A program made the position numbers and the translations under genes. A stretch of DNA of 60,760 nucleotides, from IMG/VR virus record IMGVR_UViG_3300025121_000017. One strand, given 5' to 3'. Below are positions 9,606-19,818 of this stretch, piece by piece (the first letter of the stretch is position 1; each line of letters opens with the position of its first letter). This stretch comes from an uncultured virus (IMG/VR IMGVR_UViG_3300025121_000017) (lineage: Duplodnaviria > Heunggongvirae > Uroviricota > Caudoviricetes). The notes beneath the pieces are model-generated. The model worked only from the letters and a program-made list of their open reading frames with translations. It had not been told where the DNA came from and ran no database searches.

Positions 9606-10387
9606 AGTGCGTCTCCACGCAAATAGGCTGGGCAGCTATCGATTTTCCTTAGCCACCGCAAATATCCAGCATCCACCGCACGCCCTCGCTTATTCTTGGT
9701 GTGGTGCACGAAGCCCTGTTGAGCACATTCGGCGCACCCCTCGCCCATGCATCGCCTGCACGTCCTGAACCATAGAAACGACGGCCCGTCCTCCGGTGTC
9801 ACGCCGAATCGCTCCCAGTCCCCACTCTGCAACGCCTCCGCCCGCTCCTGAAACCCAAGCGCCTTATCCAGGTCCGCGGTCCACTTCGGCGGCAATCGAT
9901 TCCAGATAAGCCTCACGAGCCCACAGTCGAACTGCGCCTCGTGCGAATGAGCCGCGACGTCCGCAGCACTCACCAGGCCCAGCTCTACCGCCACGGTGCC
10001 CGCCTTGTGGTTCGATAAGTTTGGCCAGGCCTCGAATGCAAGCGTCCGGACGTCGAACACACGCTTGAGCCCGGCAGGCCCGCGCAGGTGATGTTCATTC
10101 TCGAGCACCGGGACGTCGTACTTCGGGCCGTTCTGCGTCAGGACGGCGTCCGCTTTTCGCAGGTCCTCAACGAGCTCAGGGCCGGCGTCGGGCCAGGACG
10201 GCGCGGCGGCGATGGCCTCGAGCTGCTCGGGGCTGATGTGGCATTTCTCCCGAATGACTTCGGGGATCTCGACGCCGGGGTTGAGCAGGGTCTCGGACGT
10301 GGCGGTGCCGAAAGACCAGATCCGGGCGGAGGTGGTGTCGAGGGACGTGGTCTCCAGGTCGAACGGTACTAAGCGCAGAGTGGTCAC
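9602..10387 (-). CDS. DEDDh 3'-5' exonuclease (DnaQ/epsilon-like)
   Basis: FDLETT, QNGPKYDVPVL, SHEAQFD. Confidence 0.85.
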   Translation of the reverse strand: MTTLRLVPFDLETTSLDTTSARIWSFGTATSETLLNPGVEIPEVIREKCHISPEQLEAIAAAPSWPDAGPELVEDLRKADAVLTQNGPKYDVPVLENEHHLRGPAGLKRVFDVRTLAFEAWPNLSNHKAGTVAVELGLVSAADVAAHSHEAQFDCGLVRLIWNRLPPKWTADLDKALGFQERAEALQSGDWERFGVTPEDGPSFLWFRTCRRCMGEGCAECAQQGFVHHTKNKRGRAVDAGYLRWLRKIDSCPAYLRGDAL

Positions 10388-10806
10388 AGGTTAGCCCCCA
10401 TCTCTTCGAGCCTGCTCCACCACCTCTCAGCTACGACGCGCCCGCCGGCTGCCCTGCGTGGGAACACTCTATCGAACATCCCGGGCGGAGGCAGATCGCT
10501 GACGTACAGCAACACAGGGATGCCAAGCTGTCGCGCTTCCCGAATCTCCCCTTGCGTCCCGCTGCTCTTCTGCCATCCGGGTACGAGGACGACCGCGTCG
10601 CACCGGCGCATGAGCTCCTTCGTCCCCTCGAGCCAAAAGGCATCGGTGCCTTCTCCGTGGAAGTTCGCGGTGTTGGCATGCGGAATCGACGGCATGTAGC
10701 CGCGCCGAGAAACTCCCAGACCGATGCGTTCGGCGTTGCGGACGTTTTCGGCAATTTCCCAGGCGGTGTCAGCTCGGAATGGCCCGGCTATGTAACAGAC
10801 ATACAT
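10384..10806 (-). CDS. nucleoside 2-deoxyribosyltransferase-like protein (DUF1937/DUF4406 type)
   Basis: YIAGPF...PHAN...RCDAVVLVPGWQKSSGTQGEIREA...GIPV. Confidence 0.75.
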   Translation of the reverse strand: MYVCYIAGPFRADTAWEIAENVRNAERIGLGVSRRGYMPSIPHANTANFHGEGTDAFWLEGTKELMRRCDAVVLVPGWQKSSGTQGEIREARQLGIPVLLYVSDLPPPGMFDRVFPRRAAGGRVVAERWWSRLEEMGANL

Positions 10807-10808
10807 CG

Positions 10809-11864
10809 TTAGGCTCCAGGTGCCGTTGTAATTCGACAGTGAAACACCCGCTCGCTATGCCCCTCAATTTCCCGCTTCCCCGCAGAGAAGTGCGGAAACG
10901 CCCGCTCGTGAACTGTTACACCCCCTCGGGACTGCAAGATCCGCCAGATGTCTTCGTCCGCGATGCACGCGTTTGACCGCGGATCGCCTTTGTCGCCCAT
11001 GTTGCTGTAGCTGAGGAACAGATGCTTACACCGGACACGCGAGACAAAGTCCTGTAGTGCCGCCGCTGCCTTGACGCGACTGCAGTAAGCGCTCTTGCCG
11101 TTCTTGCGGTCTACCAGCTTGCCTGCCTTTCCTTCCACCGGGCCGCATGTCCAGCGTGCTAAGTTCTCCAGCAGATGGTAACCGTCGCTGTACTGCCTCG
11201 AATTGTAAGGAAGGTCGCAGTATACCACGTCCGCACTGACGATCCCCTGCGCAAGGACATTAGCATCGCGCAGAAAGACGCGCGCTGGCACAGCCCCAAC
11301 GCGTGGAGCCTCCGGAACCAGCAGTCTCAGCTCTCGAACCTTCGGTGCCGTTTTGCAGTAGGCGTCGAAGTGCCCGCAGGTATTCGCGGCACGGTCCGTC
11401 GCGTAGAGCAGGGATGCCAGGAGCACCTGGTGCGTGGTGACATCAATGCGCTGCTCTACAGCCCAGGCTGCGATGTAGTCTCGCGCGGCTCCGATCTGGC
11501 GAGCGACGTGCGTGTCAAAGAACGTACCTCCAAAGTGCTCAACGAAGTAGTCGGCTCCCGTGCCGTCAGCGTCCACAGACTCGAGTTCGTGAAGTAACTC
11601 CACGATGCGGCGATCCGGTAGCGTGCGGCTGCCCAGGAACGCGCGGAGGGTTGTCGCGTTGCAGAGGAGCAGATCACTCGCTGTGACCGTCTTTCCCAGC
11701 GCCTGAAACCGATGCGCCACGACACCCGTTCCTGCAAAGGCATCCCAGAAGGTAGTAAATTCTCCGGACGCTGCCGTGATGACTTCCTCGAGGAAGTCCA
11801 GCATGCGGGTCTTTGCACCGAGGTAGCGACGGGAGTGGATGGCGATATTGGGCGTCTCAGCCAT
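10809..11864 (-). CDS. D12-class N6-adenine DNA methyltransferase
   Basis: RYLGAKTRM, DAFAGTGVV, YCDLPYNSRQY, LSYSN. Confidence 0.88.
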   Translation of the reverse strand: MAETPNIAIHSRRYLGAKTRMLDFLEEVITAASGEFTTFWDAFAGTGVVAHRFQALGKTVTASDLLLCNATTLRAFLGSRTLPDRRIVELLHELESVDADGTGADYFVEHFGGTFFDTHVARQIGAARDYIAAWAVEQRIDVTTHQVLLASLLYATDRAANTCGHFDAYCKTAPKVRELRLLVPEAPRVGAVPARVFLRDANVLAQGIVSADVVYCDLPYNSRQYSDGYHLLENLARWTCGPVEGKAGKLVDRKNGKSAYCSRVKAAAALQDFVSRVRCKHLFLSYSNMGDKGDPRSNACIADEDIWRILQSRGGVTVHERAFPHFSAGKREIEGHSERVFHCRITTAPGA

Positions 11865-12159
11865 CGGCGGCCTCTACAGCGACGGTTGGGCGCAGCGCGC
11901 GGATGCGCGTTCCAAGCTTCCTGAGCAACTCAGATGGCATCGGTGGTTCAAACTTTGAAGCCAACAGCTGCGATCCCTTATCGTCCAGCAGCGTGAACTG
12001 GTCCTCGTGAATATGTCCCTGTACCGGCAGCAGACGAAGCCCGAACCCGTCATTGTACCAAAAGCAGAAATAGGCGGTGTCACGCTCATCGAAGAAACCG
12101 ACGCATCGCCAACCGATCACATCTGCGGCACCGATGTCTAAACAGAAGCTCTCCATCAT
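11857..12159 (-). CDS. hypothetical protein
   Basis: Coupled ORF in operon. Confidence 0.55.
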   Translation of the reverse strand: MMESFCLDIGAADVIGWRCVGFFDERDTAYFCFWYNDGFGLRLLPVQGHIHEDQFTLLDDKGSQLLASKFEPPMPSELLRKLGTRIRALRPTVAVEAADG

Positions 12160-12533
12160 CTATCTCCTCTTTGGCGCTCTAAGTCCGCCTGAATCTCTTC
12201 CTCTGGCGGCACCCACCCCTCTGGTTTCTGAGTCTTCCCCAACGCGTCTTTGCCGCCTCCAATTTTGCGCATGTTGGCCCCGTGCACAATATCAAACGGA
12301 CCATCGGGACGCACACCCATCTCGACGAGACTGCCCAGCGCGAAGTACATGAGATCCATTAAGGCGTCTACCTGGGCTACTAAGTCTTCCGCTGCCTCGA
12401 GCTCGTCTAACTCTTCGCGCATAAACGCGAGGCGGCGGCGCAACCTTTCTGGCGCAAGCAGCGTAGGCGTCTCGGCTACGGGATGCGCGAGGGCCTCGTG
12501 AAACTGTCGGACTTTAGCGTAGGCGTCGTTCAT
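12156..12533 (-). CDS. MazG-like / PRA-PH nucleotide pyrophosphohydrolase
   Basis: VRQFHEA, MREELDE, VDALMDLMYF, VHGANMRK, KPEGWVPPE. Confidence 0.85.
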   Translation of the reverse strand: MNDAYAKVRQFHEALAHPVAETPTLLAPERLRRRLAFMREELDELEAAEDLVAQVDALMDLMYFALGSLVEMGVRPDGPFDIVHGANMRKIGGGKDALGKTQKPEGWVPPEEEIQADLERQRGDR

Positions 12534-13399
12534 GCCTCATCCCCTTCCGGACGCTTGCACACCCCTTGCGTCTCTTCCGGCAGCTTGTCCCATCGCTCCT
12601 CAAACGTCTCTCCATTCACCTTCTTCCACACCGCCAGGGCGTCAATCCTCGCTACGACCCACCCCAGCGGCTCCTCACACAGATCCCCCCGCCTGTACCG
12701 CGTCCGCGCCGTCTTCACATCTCGTGCAGTCGCCGTCGCCACGTCTTTCTGAACCAGGTCCACAATGTCCTTGTCATCCCCCCAGACGCCCGGGTCCGCT
12801 CCCTCAAAGACTCCACGCAGCAGCTCCCACCTGTCCACATCCCGGACCAGGGTGTCCAGCGGCTCGAGGCGGCGCTCCGGCTCTCCCAGCAGGCCCAGCA
12901 TCCCGCCCCAACAGAAGAGCATGTAGCGGTTGCCGTCCGGACGCTCAATGCACGGCTCCACCACCTCGATCGCTTGCCCGAATGGAATCTGCACGGTGTC
13001 GGCGCCGCGTCCGAACACGACCGGGACGCGCAGTCGCCTGACAGTCTCGTCGCTCTGCCGCGGGATGACCATCAGCGCCGTAAGCGGAGCAGAGTCCGTG
13101 GCATGCTTGGCGCGGGCGACACGTCTGCCAGGCGGAGGCGCGAGCAGCTCCCGCGACGCGCGCCCCAGGGCATGCCCGAAGGCGTAGTCGTGCCCGTATG
13201 CCTCGCTGTGGGGGAGGAGTGCCGTACCGATGGAACCGAGGCAATAGCCTCGATCGATCGTGGACTCTGCGGTGCGGTAGAAGGTGAGGTCGCGCCCGAC
13301 GGACTGAGCGGCTGCCGCGAGCTGGTCTTCGAGCGAGGGGGACTCTTGCGGGTCGCAGCCGAGCATGTGGAGGGCCATGCGGATGTGGTGGGGGTGCAT
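12530..13399 (-). CDS. hypothetical protein
   Basis: Long ORF coupled to the next gene; GAGG before ATG 13399. Confidence 0.65.
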   Translation of the reverse strand: MHPHHIRMALHMLGCDPQESPSLEDQLAAAAQSVGRDLTFYRTAESTIDRGYCLGSIGTALLPHSEAYGHDYAFGHALGRASRELLAPPPGRRVARAKHATDSAPLTALMVIPRQSDETVRRLRVPVVFGRGADTVQIPFGQAIEVVEPCIERPDGNRYMLFCWGGMLGLLGEPERRLEPLDTLVRDVDRWELLRGVFEGADPGVWGDDKDIVDLVQKDVATATARDVKTARTRYRRGDLCEEPLGWVVARIDALAVWKKVNGETFEERWDKLPEETQGVCKRPEGDEA

Positions 13400-13553
13400 A
13401 AGTACCTGCCTCATAAGCCTAAAAAAAGATAGGGCCGTCGCGCGCAGAGACCTGAACGAAACACGCACGTAACGGGTCGGCCCGGTACACCCCGCCAACG
13501 CCCCACCCTAGGTGCGTCGGATTTGGACACGGTCGATTTGTTGCGTTATTGCT

Positions 13554-14780
13554 TCAGTAGGGGGTCGGAGCTTCCGTCGGCATGTGCGCCGCGTCGTCTT
13601 CGGCTGCGGAGCCGTACGAGTCGTCCAGATCGTCGATCCAGCCGAACCAGTCCCGCGGCTCGAGGCTTTCCTTCAGCTCGAGGCTGAGGGACTGAACGTC
13701 CACGACGCCCGTACGCCCGGCAGCTCGCGCGGCCTCCGCTGCTTTCGGGCCAGGTACCGGCCAGGCGGCCAGCTTAGGGGCACCCTGCGCGTCAACGACA
13801 GGCTGTCCATCCTTGACCTGAGGAGACTGCTGAAGCCCGATCAGAACCGGCTTGTTGTACTTGATCTTGGCGGCATTCTCCGCCCCTTCGGCACCGATCC
13901 GTATGCCGTGGGACCACGGCTGCTTGCGCGTGTCCGCGCACCAGTCACCGATCAGGCGCGCCACGGCTTCTCCGGTTTTGAACCCGGTGCTGCGGAAGGT
14001 CAGAAAGCAGGGAACCCAGCCAGCTGGCATGCCGTTGTGGCTCGGGCAGAGAACGTGCCCGAACATTCGGTGGGTCAGCCCACAATCCGTCTTGGCCGGC
14101 TTGCGCAGCTCCTCCGGGACCGGCAGGTCGATGACGACGCCGTCTCGAGCGCCGTCCTGGCAGAAGACGGCTTTCTTGTCGATGAAGCCACGATCGTTGG
14201 ACCCCTTCGGGTCTCGCCCGGGACCATAGAAGCATTTGGCGCAGTCGTCGGTGGGCTCCGCGTCATCCGGGTAGTCCCAGCCGCTGATCTTGTACAGCTC
14301 TTCGCCCTTCTTTCCTCCCGGGATTTTCTCGAGCCTGGGGACCAGGGTCTTGCCGGATGGGCTGTAGAGCCCGTTCGGCGCGGCGGCCTTGTACGTGACC
14401 TTCTTGGGGTCTTTCGGATCCCGCACGGGGAGCGCCCCGCACAGCACTTTACCCTTGTCTCCTTCCAGGGAGTCAGTGGGCACGGTGCGCAGCCGCGGCG
14501 TGTTCAGCGCTGCCGGGACGAAGAGGAAGGGCTGCCCCACTTCCATCGTCGCCGTGCGCGGTGAGGGACCTCCGACGGCCCAGGTGCCGGGGGCGAACCC
14601 CTTCTCGGAGTGCAGTTTGGAATTTGTGGTGAGCAAGTGGAGCGGTGCGACTCGAGCGCCCGAAAACACAGCATTGAAGGCCGAGTCGCCGACGTTAGCG
14701 ACGAAATCATCCTCGCTGTACATAGCGAGATCGACGCCTTCAAACGCGACGATAGCGGTGGAGGGATCAGGACTTGACAT
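13554..14780 (-). CDS. hypothetical protein, possibly ssDNA-binding/annealing (acidic C-terminus, first gene of replication operon)
   Basis: 408-aa ORF with AAGGAG RBS; function inferred only from position and acidic tail. Confidence 0.6.
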   Translation of the reverse strand: MSSPDPSTAIVAFEGVDLAMYSEDDFVANVGDSAFNAVFSGARVAPLHLLTTNSKLHSEKGFAPGTWAVGGPSPRTATMEVGQPFLFVPAALNTPRLRTVPTDSLEGDKGKVLCGALPVRDPKDPKKVTYKAAAPNGLYSPSGKTLVPRLEKIPGGKKGEELYKISGWDYPDDAEPTDDCAKCFYGPGRDPKGSNDRGFIDKKAVFCQDGARDGVVIDLPVPEELRKPAKTDCGLTHRMFGHVLCPSHNGMPAGWVPCFLTFRSTGFKTGEAVARLIGDWCADTRKQPWSHGIRIGAEGAENAAKIKYNKPVLIGLQQSPQVKDGQPVVDAQGAPKLAAWPVPGPKAAEAARAAGRTGVVDVQSLSLELKESLEPRDWFGWIDDLDDSYGSAAEDDAAHMPTEAPTPY

Positions 14781-14937
14781 GCAGGACTCCTTAAGAGCAA
14801 TTAAAGCAGTTCAACAACACCCGCCGATGTGCCGTTGCCGGACAAGAGCAGAGCGTGTCAAATATCTACCACGCTCTACCGTACCCTCGCAACATAAAAA
14901 GTTCAGTCCGCTGAAAAAGATCCACGCACGAATAAAA

Positions 14938-14968
14938 CTTGACTATTCATTAAAATTTAAGATAGCCT
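14938..14968 (+). promoter_or_regulatory. promoter-like 23-bp element, copy 1
   Basis: CTTGACTATTCATTAAAATTTAA is identical to 39976-39998; TTGACT, 18 bp, TAGCCT. Confidence 0.6.
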
Positions 14969-15011
14969 AAAGATGAGCCTGACGCAATAAAAGACATGGA
15001 ACGGAGCATAT

Positions 15012-16484
15012 GTGACTGACTGGATTCCTTACTTCAACGGCGCGACACCCCGCCCGCAGCAGCTCGAATGCCTCGACGCTATCGAGGCTTCCCAGGCGGA
15101 CGTCGTCGTCGTTCAGGCCCCGACCGGTGCCGGTAAATCCCTCATTCAGCTGGGACACGCGCGCCGCCTGCGCCACCTGGACCCTCGAGCCACGTCCTAC
15201 ATTGTCACGCCGCAGCGCGCGCTTCAGGCGCAGCTCGCAGACGGCAACGACGACGTGTGCAAGATGCAAGGCGCTGCGAACTACCGCTGCTGGGCGTACG
15301 AGCGCGCGCCGGAGCGGCACTCGAGGCACGACGGATGCCCGTTCTACCTGGCCGTGGATCGCGCCGTCGCATCGCCGATTGTCGTCCACAACTATGCGAG
15401 TCTGCTGCACCGTCGCAAGCATTTCCCGCGTCGCCGCTTGCTGTGTCTGGACGAAGGGCACCGGGCGTCCGCGGCCGTCGGGGACTTCCTGACACTCGAG
15501 ATCGAGTCCACCGAGCGGGATTACCTGCCGGGTGGGGAGGCTTCGTTTGATGCCATGCGAGAGCTTGCGGCGGCGGGAGAGCGCACCGGGTGTGAGAGTC
15601 TGGACCGCAAGCTCTACCAGATGCAGAGCATGTGGTGGCTCTACGGACTGGACGCGCCAGAAGACGACGAGGCGGATGAACCCTGGGATGGCGAGACGCT
15701 AGACCTCGACTTCCGCCCGGTCTCGGACGACTACACGGGCACAACGCAGTTTGTCCCGACACGGCTCGCGCCCGCCGGACACGTCATCACCGGGCGCGGG
15801 GAGAAGGTCCTCATCGTGAGTGCCACGGTGCTTGACGCGAAGCTCCTCTGCGCTGAACTGGGCCTGGGAAAACGGAGCGTTGAGTATATCGAGCTCGGCA
15901 GCGATTTTCCGATTGAAAACAGGCCAATCATTGGCCGATACTGTGGGAAGATGTCGCAGAAGCACCAGAGCGTGGTACTGCCTAGAGTCCTGAAGGCCCT
16001 GGCGGGGGACATGGCCCGCCACAAGGACGAGGCGGGTATCGTCCACACGGTCAGCTACCAGCTGGCGGAGCAGGTGGTCCGGGGGCTCAATGACCCACGA
16101 TGCGTGAAGCTCCCTCGAGGCGAAGGACGCGACACCACGATCGCGAAATTCTTAGCCGGGGAGCTGGGGAAGGGCCGCGTGCTGGTCGGGCCGGGACTGC
16201 ACGAGGGCATCGACGCAGTTGGTGACGCTGCGCGGTGGCAAGCGATTGTGAAGTCGCCTTATCCCTACCTGGGCGACGTGCGTGTCAAGGCGATGTTGGA
16301 GCGCAACGAGGGAATGGCGCGGCGGTGGCTCGAGTGGCAGGAAGCGATCACGCTCATCCAAATGCTAGGACGCATCGTGCGGAGTCGAGAGGACTGGGGG
16401 ACGACGTACGTTTATGATAGTCGGGCGCATGACGTGCTTAATGGGCCGTTTTGCCCGAGGTATGTGAGGGAGGCGGTGAGGTAG
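15012..16484 (+). CDS. DinG/Rad3-like SF2 helicase
   Basis: Q motif PRPQQ, QAPTGAGKS, LDEGH, SAT, EGID, KSPYP, QMLGRIVRS. Confidence 0.9.
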   Translation: MTDWIPYFNGATPRPQQLECLDAIEASQADVVVVQAPTGAGKSLIQLGHARRLRHLDPRATSYIVTPQRALQAQLADGNDDVCKMQGAANYRCWAYERAPERHSRHDGCPFYLAVDRAVASPIVVHNYASLLHRRKHFPRRRLLCLDEGHRASAAVGDFLTLEIESTERDYLPGGEASFDAMRELAAAGERTGCESLDRKLYQMQSMWWLYGLDAPEDDEADEPWDGETLDLDFRPVSDDYTGTTQFVPTRLAPAGHVITGRGEKVLIVSATVLDAKLLCAELGLGKRSVEYIELGSDFPIENRPIIGRYCGKMSQKHQSVVLPRVLKALAGDMARHKDEAGIVHTVSYQLAEQVVRGLNDPRCVKLPRGEGRDTTIAKFLAGELGKGRVLVGPGLHEGIDAVGDAARWQAIVKSPYPYLGDVRVKAMLERNEGMARRWLEWQEAITLIQMLGRIVRSREDWGTTYVYDSRAHDVLNGPFCPRYVREAVR

Positions 16485-16509
16485 GTACAATCCAACGCAG
16501 GGGGCTAAA

Positions 16510-17109
16510 ATGGACTCGATTCAAGCGCAGGACGTGGAGACCGACGACGATGGTGTGGAGATGGAGCTGTGCGGCGCCCCCTGGCGCGAGGTGCTTCGGG
16601 CTGGCACGAAAGAGCAGCCTGCAGTAGAGCTGACGCTGGACCCGGAGCTGACGCTGGACCCGGAGCCGGCTCCGGATCCGATGGCCAACCGCGCAGCCGA
16701 CGATGACATCTGGGCGGACGGCGGCGCCCAGGTTATTCGGCTGGTCGACCTGCAACGCCGTGTCCAGGCACGAGCAGCGCGCCCCTGGCGCGAACGATAT
16801 GACGAAGCCAGCGCACGGCTCACTCAGCTACACCAGGATGAGCGCCCGAACGAGTCCGGGTGGCTCCGGCAGCACGCGGACGCGAACCGGGACCAGAAAC
16901 AGGCGTGGCGGGAGGGTGAAGCGGAGTGGGGGCAGCAACGCGGCACGCCGCACCGTCGTTGGATGGAGATCAGCATCGCAGCGGCGGCGGTTGTGATGCT
17001 GCTGGTCGGGGCGGTGCTGCTGGCGCATGCTGCGGGGCAGCAGGCGCAGGTGGCTGGGGCGGAGGAGGTGGATACGCCGGCTGTGGTGGGGGCGGCTGGG
17101 GTGTGGTAG
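16510..17109 (+). CDS. hypothetical protein with C-terminal transmembrane helix
   Basis: Hydrophobic ISIAAAAVVMLLVGAVLL; 18-bp tandem duplication at 16627-16662. Confidence 0.6.
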   Translation: MDSIQAQDVETDDDGVEMELCGAPWREVLRAGTKEQPAVELTLDPELTLDPEPAPDPMANRAADDDIWADGGAQVIRLVDLQRRVQARAARPWRERYDEASARLTQLHQDERPNESGWLRQHADANRDQKQAWREGEAEWGQQRGTPHRRWMEISIAAAAVVMLLVGAVLLAHAAGQQAQVAGAEEVDTPAVVGAAGVW

Positions 17110-17132
17110 GACAGACTCTTATTTAGAATAAA

Positions 17133-17186
17133 AATGTCATTGACATTTCTCTCCGAATTGGATATGCTCTTGTTCACAACCTGAAC
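17133..17186 (+). promoter_or_regulatory. box-promoter 1
   Basis: AATGTCATTGACATT; TTGACA-17-TATGCT; AACCTGAAC at 17178. Confidence 0.85.
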
Positions 17187-18052
17187 GGAGCGCGCCATGT
17201 ATAACTCCAAGTCGAGCATCAGCAATCCCGACATTAGAATCGAGGAGAACCGCAATGAGTAAACTCGTGTGGCATCGCAAGCACGCAGGTTACTACTACG
17301 CGTCCGCTCAGACCACGCTCAACGGCCAGCCCGTCACTGTCGAGCTCGAGGCGACGAGCCAGCCCTGGAACGAGTCTGAATCTATGCACGATGTCTGGTG
17401 GGGGTTCTCTGCCACGATTAAGGGCGCAGGCAGTGACGTCCAGCTATGCAAGCCAGACGATACGTGGGTGAACACGTTCCGAGATGTCAAGACCGCTGTA
17501 GAGCGAGCCGTTGAAGTGGGGTGGCGCTTTAACGGCGATTACTATTTCCTGGGTGGGGGTCAATCTCATGAAGAAGCTCGGTAGGCTGCAGCTCAACGTC
17601 GCGCGGGAACTCACGGAGGAAGGCGAGCCCATGCGTCTGTGGGGCAATTGGGGTACGTCCGGGCGCGTTTACACGCGCCTGCTCGAGCGTGCGGCGAACC
17701 TATGGGTCCGCGCAAGGTTGGCACCTACAAGCGCGGACCGAATTGGCAGCGATACGTGGAGGGAGGAGTATGATCAAGTCGAAGCGATTGCGAGCGAAAG
17801 ATTGGCTATGGGACCAGCTCGATGGCATCACGTTGAGCGGTGGACAGAGCGTCCCTGCGCATCGCGAGGCGATAGCCAAAGCGCTGGATAAGGTCATTGC
17901 GTACCCTCTTCCAGCGGCGGCTATCTACGCGCTTGAGGCGTTGGTCCAAGCCAGCTATGCGGGCGGTAAGGTTGATGGCATGTCCGAGGCTGTTTCGCTT
18001 GCTCCTCCAGCGATTTCCTGCCATGATGTCTCAAATGAAAAGTGAGGTGGGC

Positions 18053-18877
18053 ATGCGGGGCATCGAACGAATGCGAGAGCTGTTGAAAGGGCACGACGTC
18101 TCAGACGAACCTCGTGACCACTCTGGACGCTGGACGAAGGAAGGGCTCGACTCCCATCCGGCACTCGCGCCTCACGTTGCGGCGAAAGAGTCCGGCGACG
18201 TTGTGGCCGGTAGGCGTTACACCCGCATTGCCGCTGAACTACGGGACGGGAGGGACCGCAATCGCGAGCCTGAAGTCGCGAACCTGCAGCGCACGGGCGA
18301 CGGTGAATACCGGACGAGAATAGACGGCTGCCCGGTGGATGTTGTTCGGCATGTCCAGGGTAGGCATCCTGTCTATCATAGTTACAGCAACCAACCCGAG
18401 TGGCACGTGTACGCCCGGGACGGGCGGTCATACCACAAGACAGGCATGGGCGAGGAGGGACGAGACATCACGTGGGGCAGTCCTGGCGCGAGTCGAAACG
18501 AGGCCATCGCGAACGCTGCGCGCAGTCTGGCGGAGCATCGCAAGCACCACTTCGAGCCCGCACGGCGCACCGAGGAAGGGCGCTTGATCGTCCCGGAAGA
18601 GGTGCGAGAGGCACACGATAGATTCGCCCGCGCACAGGGCTCCAGAATGACGCGAGACCGCGCCACGCAGCGACCGGACACCGCCACATACCACGACCTG
18701 CTTGAGGCGATGCACAAGCACAACATGCCATGGCGAGAGACGCTCGAGACTCTCGGCGCCGCCTGGGCGATCGAACAACACGACAAGCGCAGGGCCGATA
18801 AAGAGACGCGAGAACGTTACGGGCGTCTGGCAGCAGGAAGGAGGCACGCTCGTGACGAAAAGGAGCGAGAGAGCTGA
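18053..18877 (+). CDS. hypothetical protein with LLKG...PRDxxGRWT motif
   Basis: GAGG RBS before ATG 18053; N-terminus MRGIERMRELLKGHDVSDEPRDHSGRWT. Confidence 0.6.
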   Translation: MRGIERMRELLKGHDVSDEPRDHSGRWTKEGLDSHPALAPHVAAKESGDVVAGRRYTRIAAELRDGRDRNREPEVANLQRTGDGEYRTRIDGCPVDVVRHVQGRHPVYHSYSNQPEWHVYARDGRSYHKTGMGEEGRDITWGSPGASRNEAIANAARSLAEHRKHHFEPARRTEEGRLIVPEEVREAHDRFARAQGSRMTRDRATQRPDTATYHDLLEAMHKHNMPWRETLETLGAAWAIEQHDKRRADKETRERYGRLAAGRRHARDEKERES

Positions 18878-19057
18878 GCCCGCGAAGAGGTGTCCTGGCT
18901 GCGTGGCCGGCTTCACACCCGGCACCCTCATCCACACGTTCACACGTGAAGACGCTGGGCTCGACCCTACCGGACCGTGCGAGCCGAAGCCGCCGAAAAG
19001 GCGCGGCAAAGCCACGTCTCGCCCCGCCTGTTAGCGCAATCGTGCATTTCTCTTAAA

Positions 19058-19093
19058 AATGTCATTGACATTTTACTTCATCTGTTTTACACT
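19058..19093 (+). promoter_or_regulatory. box-promoter 2
   Basis: AATGTCATTGACATT; TTGACA-17-TACACT. Confidence 0.85.
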
Positions 19094-19764
19094 CCTCTCA
19101 GAGCCCGAACGAATGTTTCGCTACTAGCTAGCTCACGCATACCCCCCCCCATAGGTGCAGGCATGGCCACTCGTGAAATTAAGGCACTCCAGAGCGCAGA
19201 GCGTAAAGCCTTCCGAGCCTTTCAGAGGGCGTGTAAAGAGCGGGTGCTCCTGGAAGCAAAGTTGATTGCGCTGAAACAACAGCTCGCTGAGATAAAGGAC
19301 ACAGAGCGGCTAGCCAGCTGTGTACATGACCGTGCCAGCTACGAGCTGGAGAGTGCTCTGTCTTATCAGCAAGATTGTACCGAGTGACGATATACGGTTC
19401 TTTTTCGGAGGTACGTCGTGGATCATCTTGGCTACACTCGAACTTTCCCGCTCCAGACCACACTCGGCCCGACAAGCCCCCACTTCGCTATCGTCGCCCG
19501 CTGGCCCGAGCGCTGCCAGTTCACCGACGCGTTGATCGGCGAGAAGCATCGTACTGAGCGACGCTGCTACAGCCTGGCCTATGCGCGGCGGCTGGCACGT
19601 CGGCTGAACGACGCGCAGGGCCACGATGAGCTGCGGTTCGACGTGTACGCGGCGGACGATGTCTGGCTCGAGCGCAACTTGAGCGACGACCCTGAGCCGA
19701 CGAGCACGGGACTGATGTATACGGCGGAGGAGATGGCGGATCCGGATTTCATTCCTTTTTGAGA

Positions 19765-19818
19765 AATGTCATTGACATTCTAGCTCGCTTCCAGTATATC
19801 TGTGTGCATAACCTGAAC
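19765..19818 (+). promoter_or_regulatory. box-promoter 3
   Basis: AATGTCATTGACATT; TTGACA-17-TATATC; AACCTGAAC at 19810. Confidence 0.8.
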
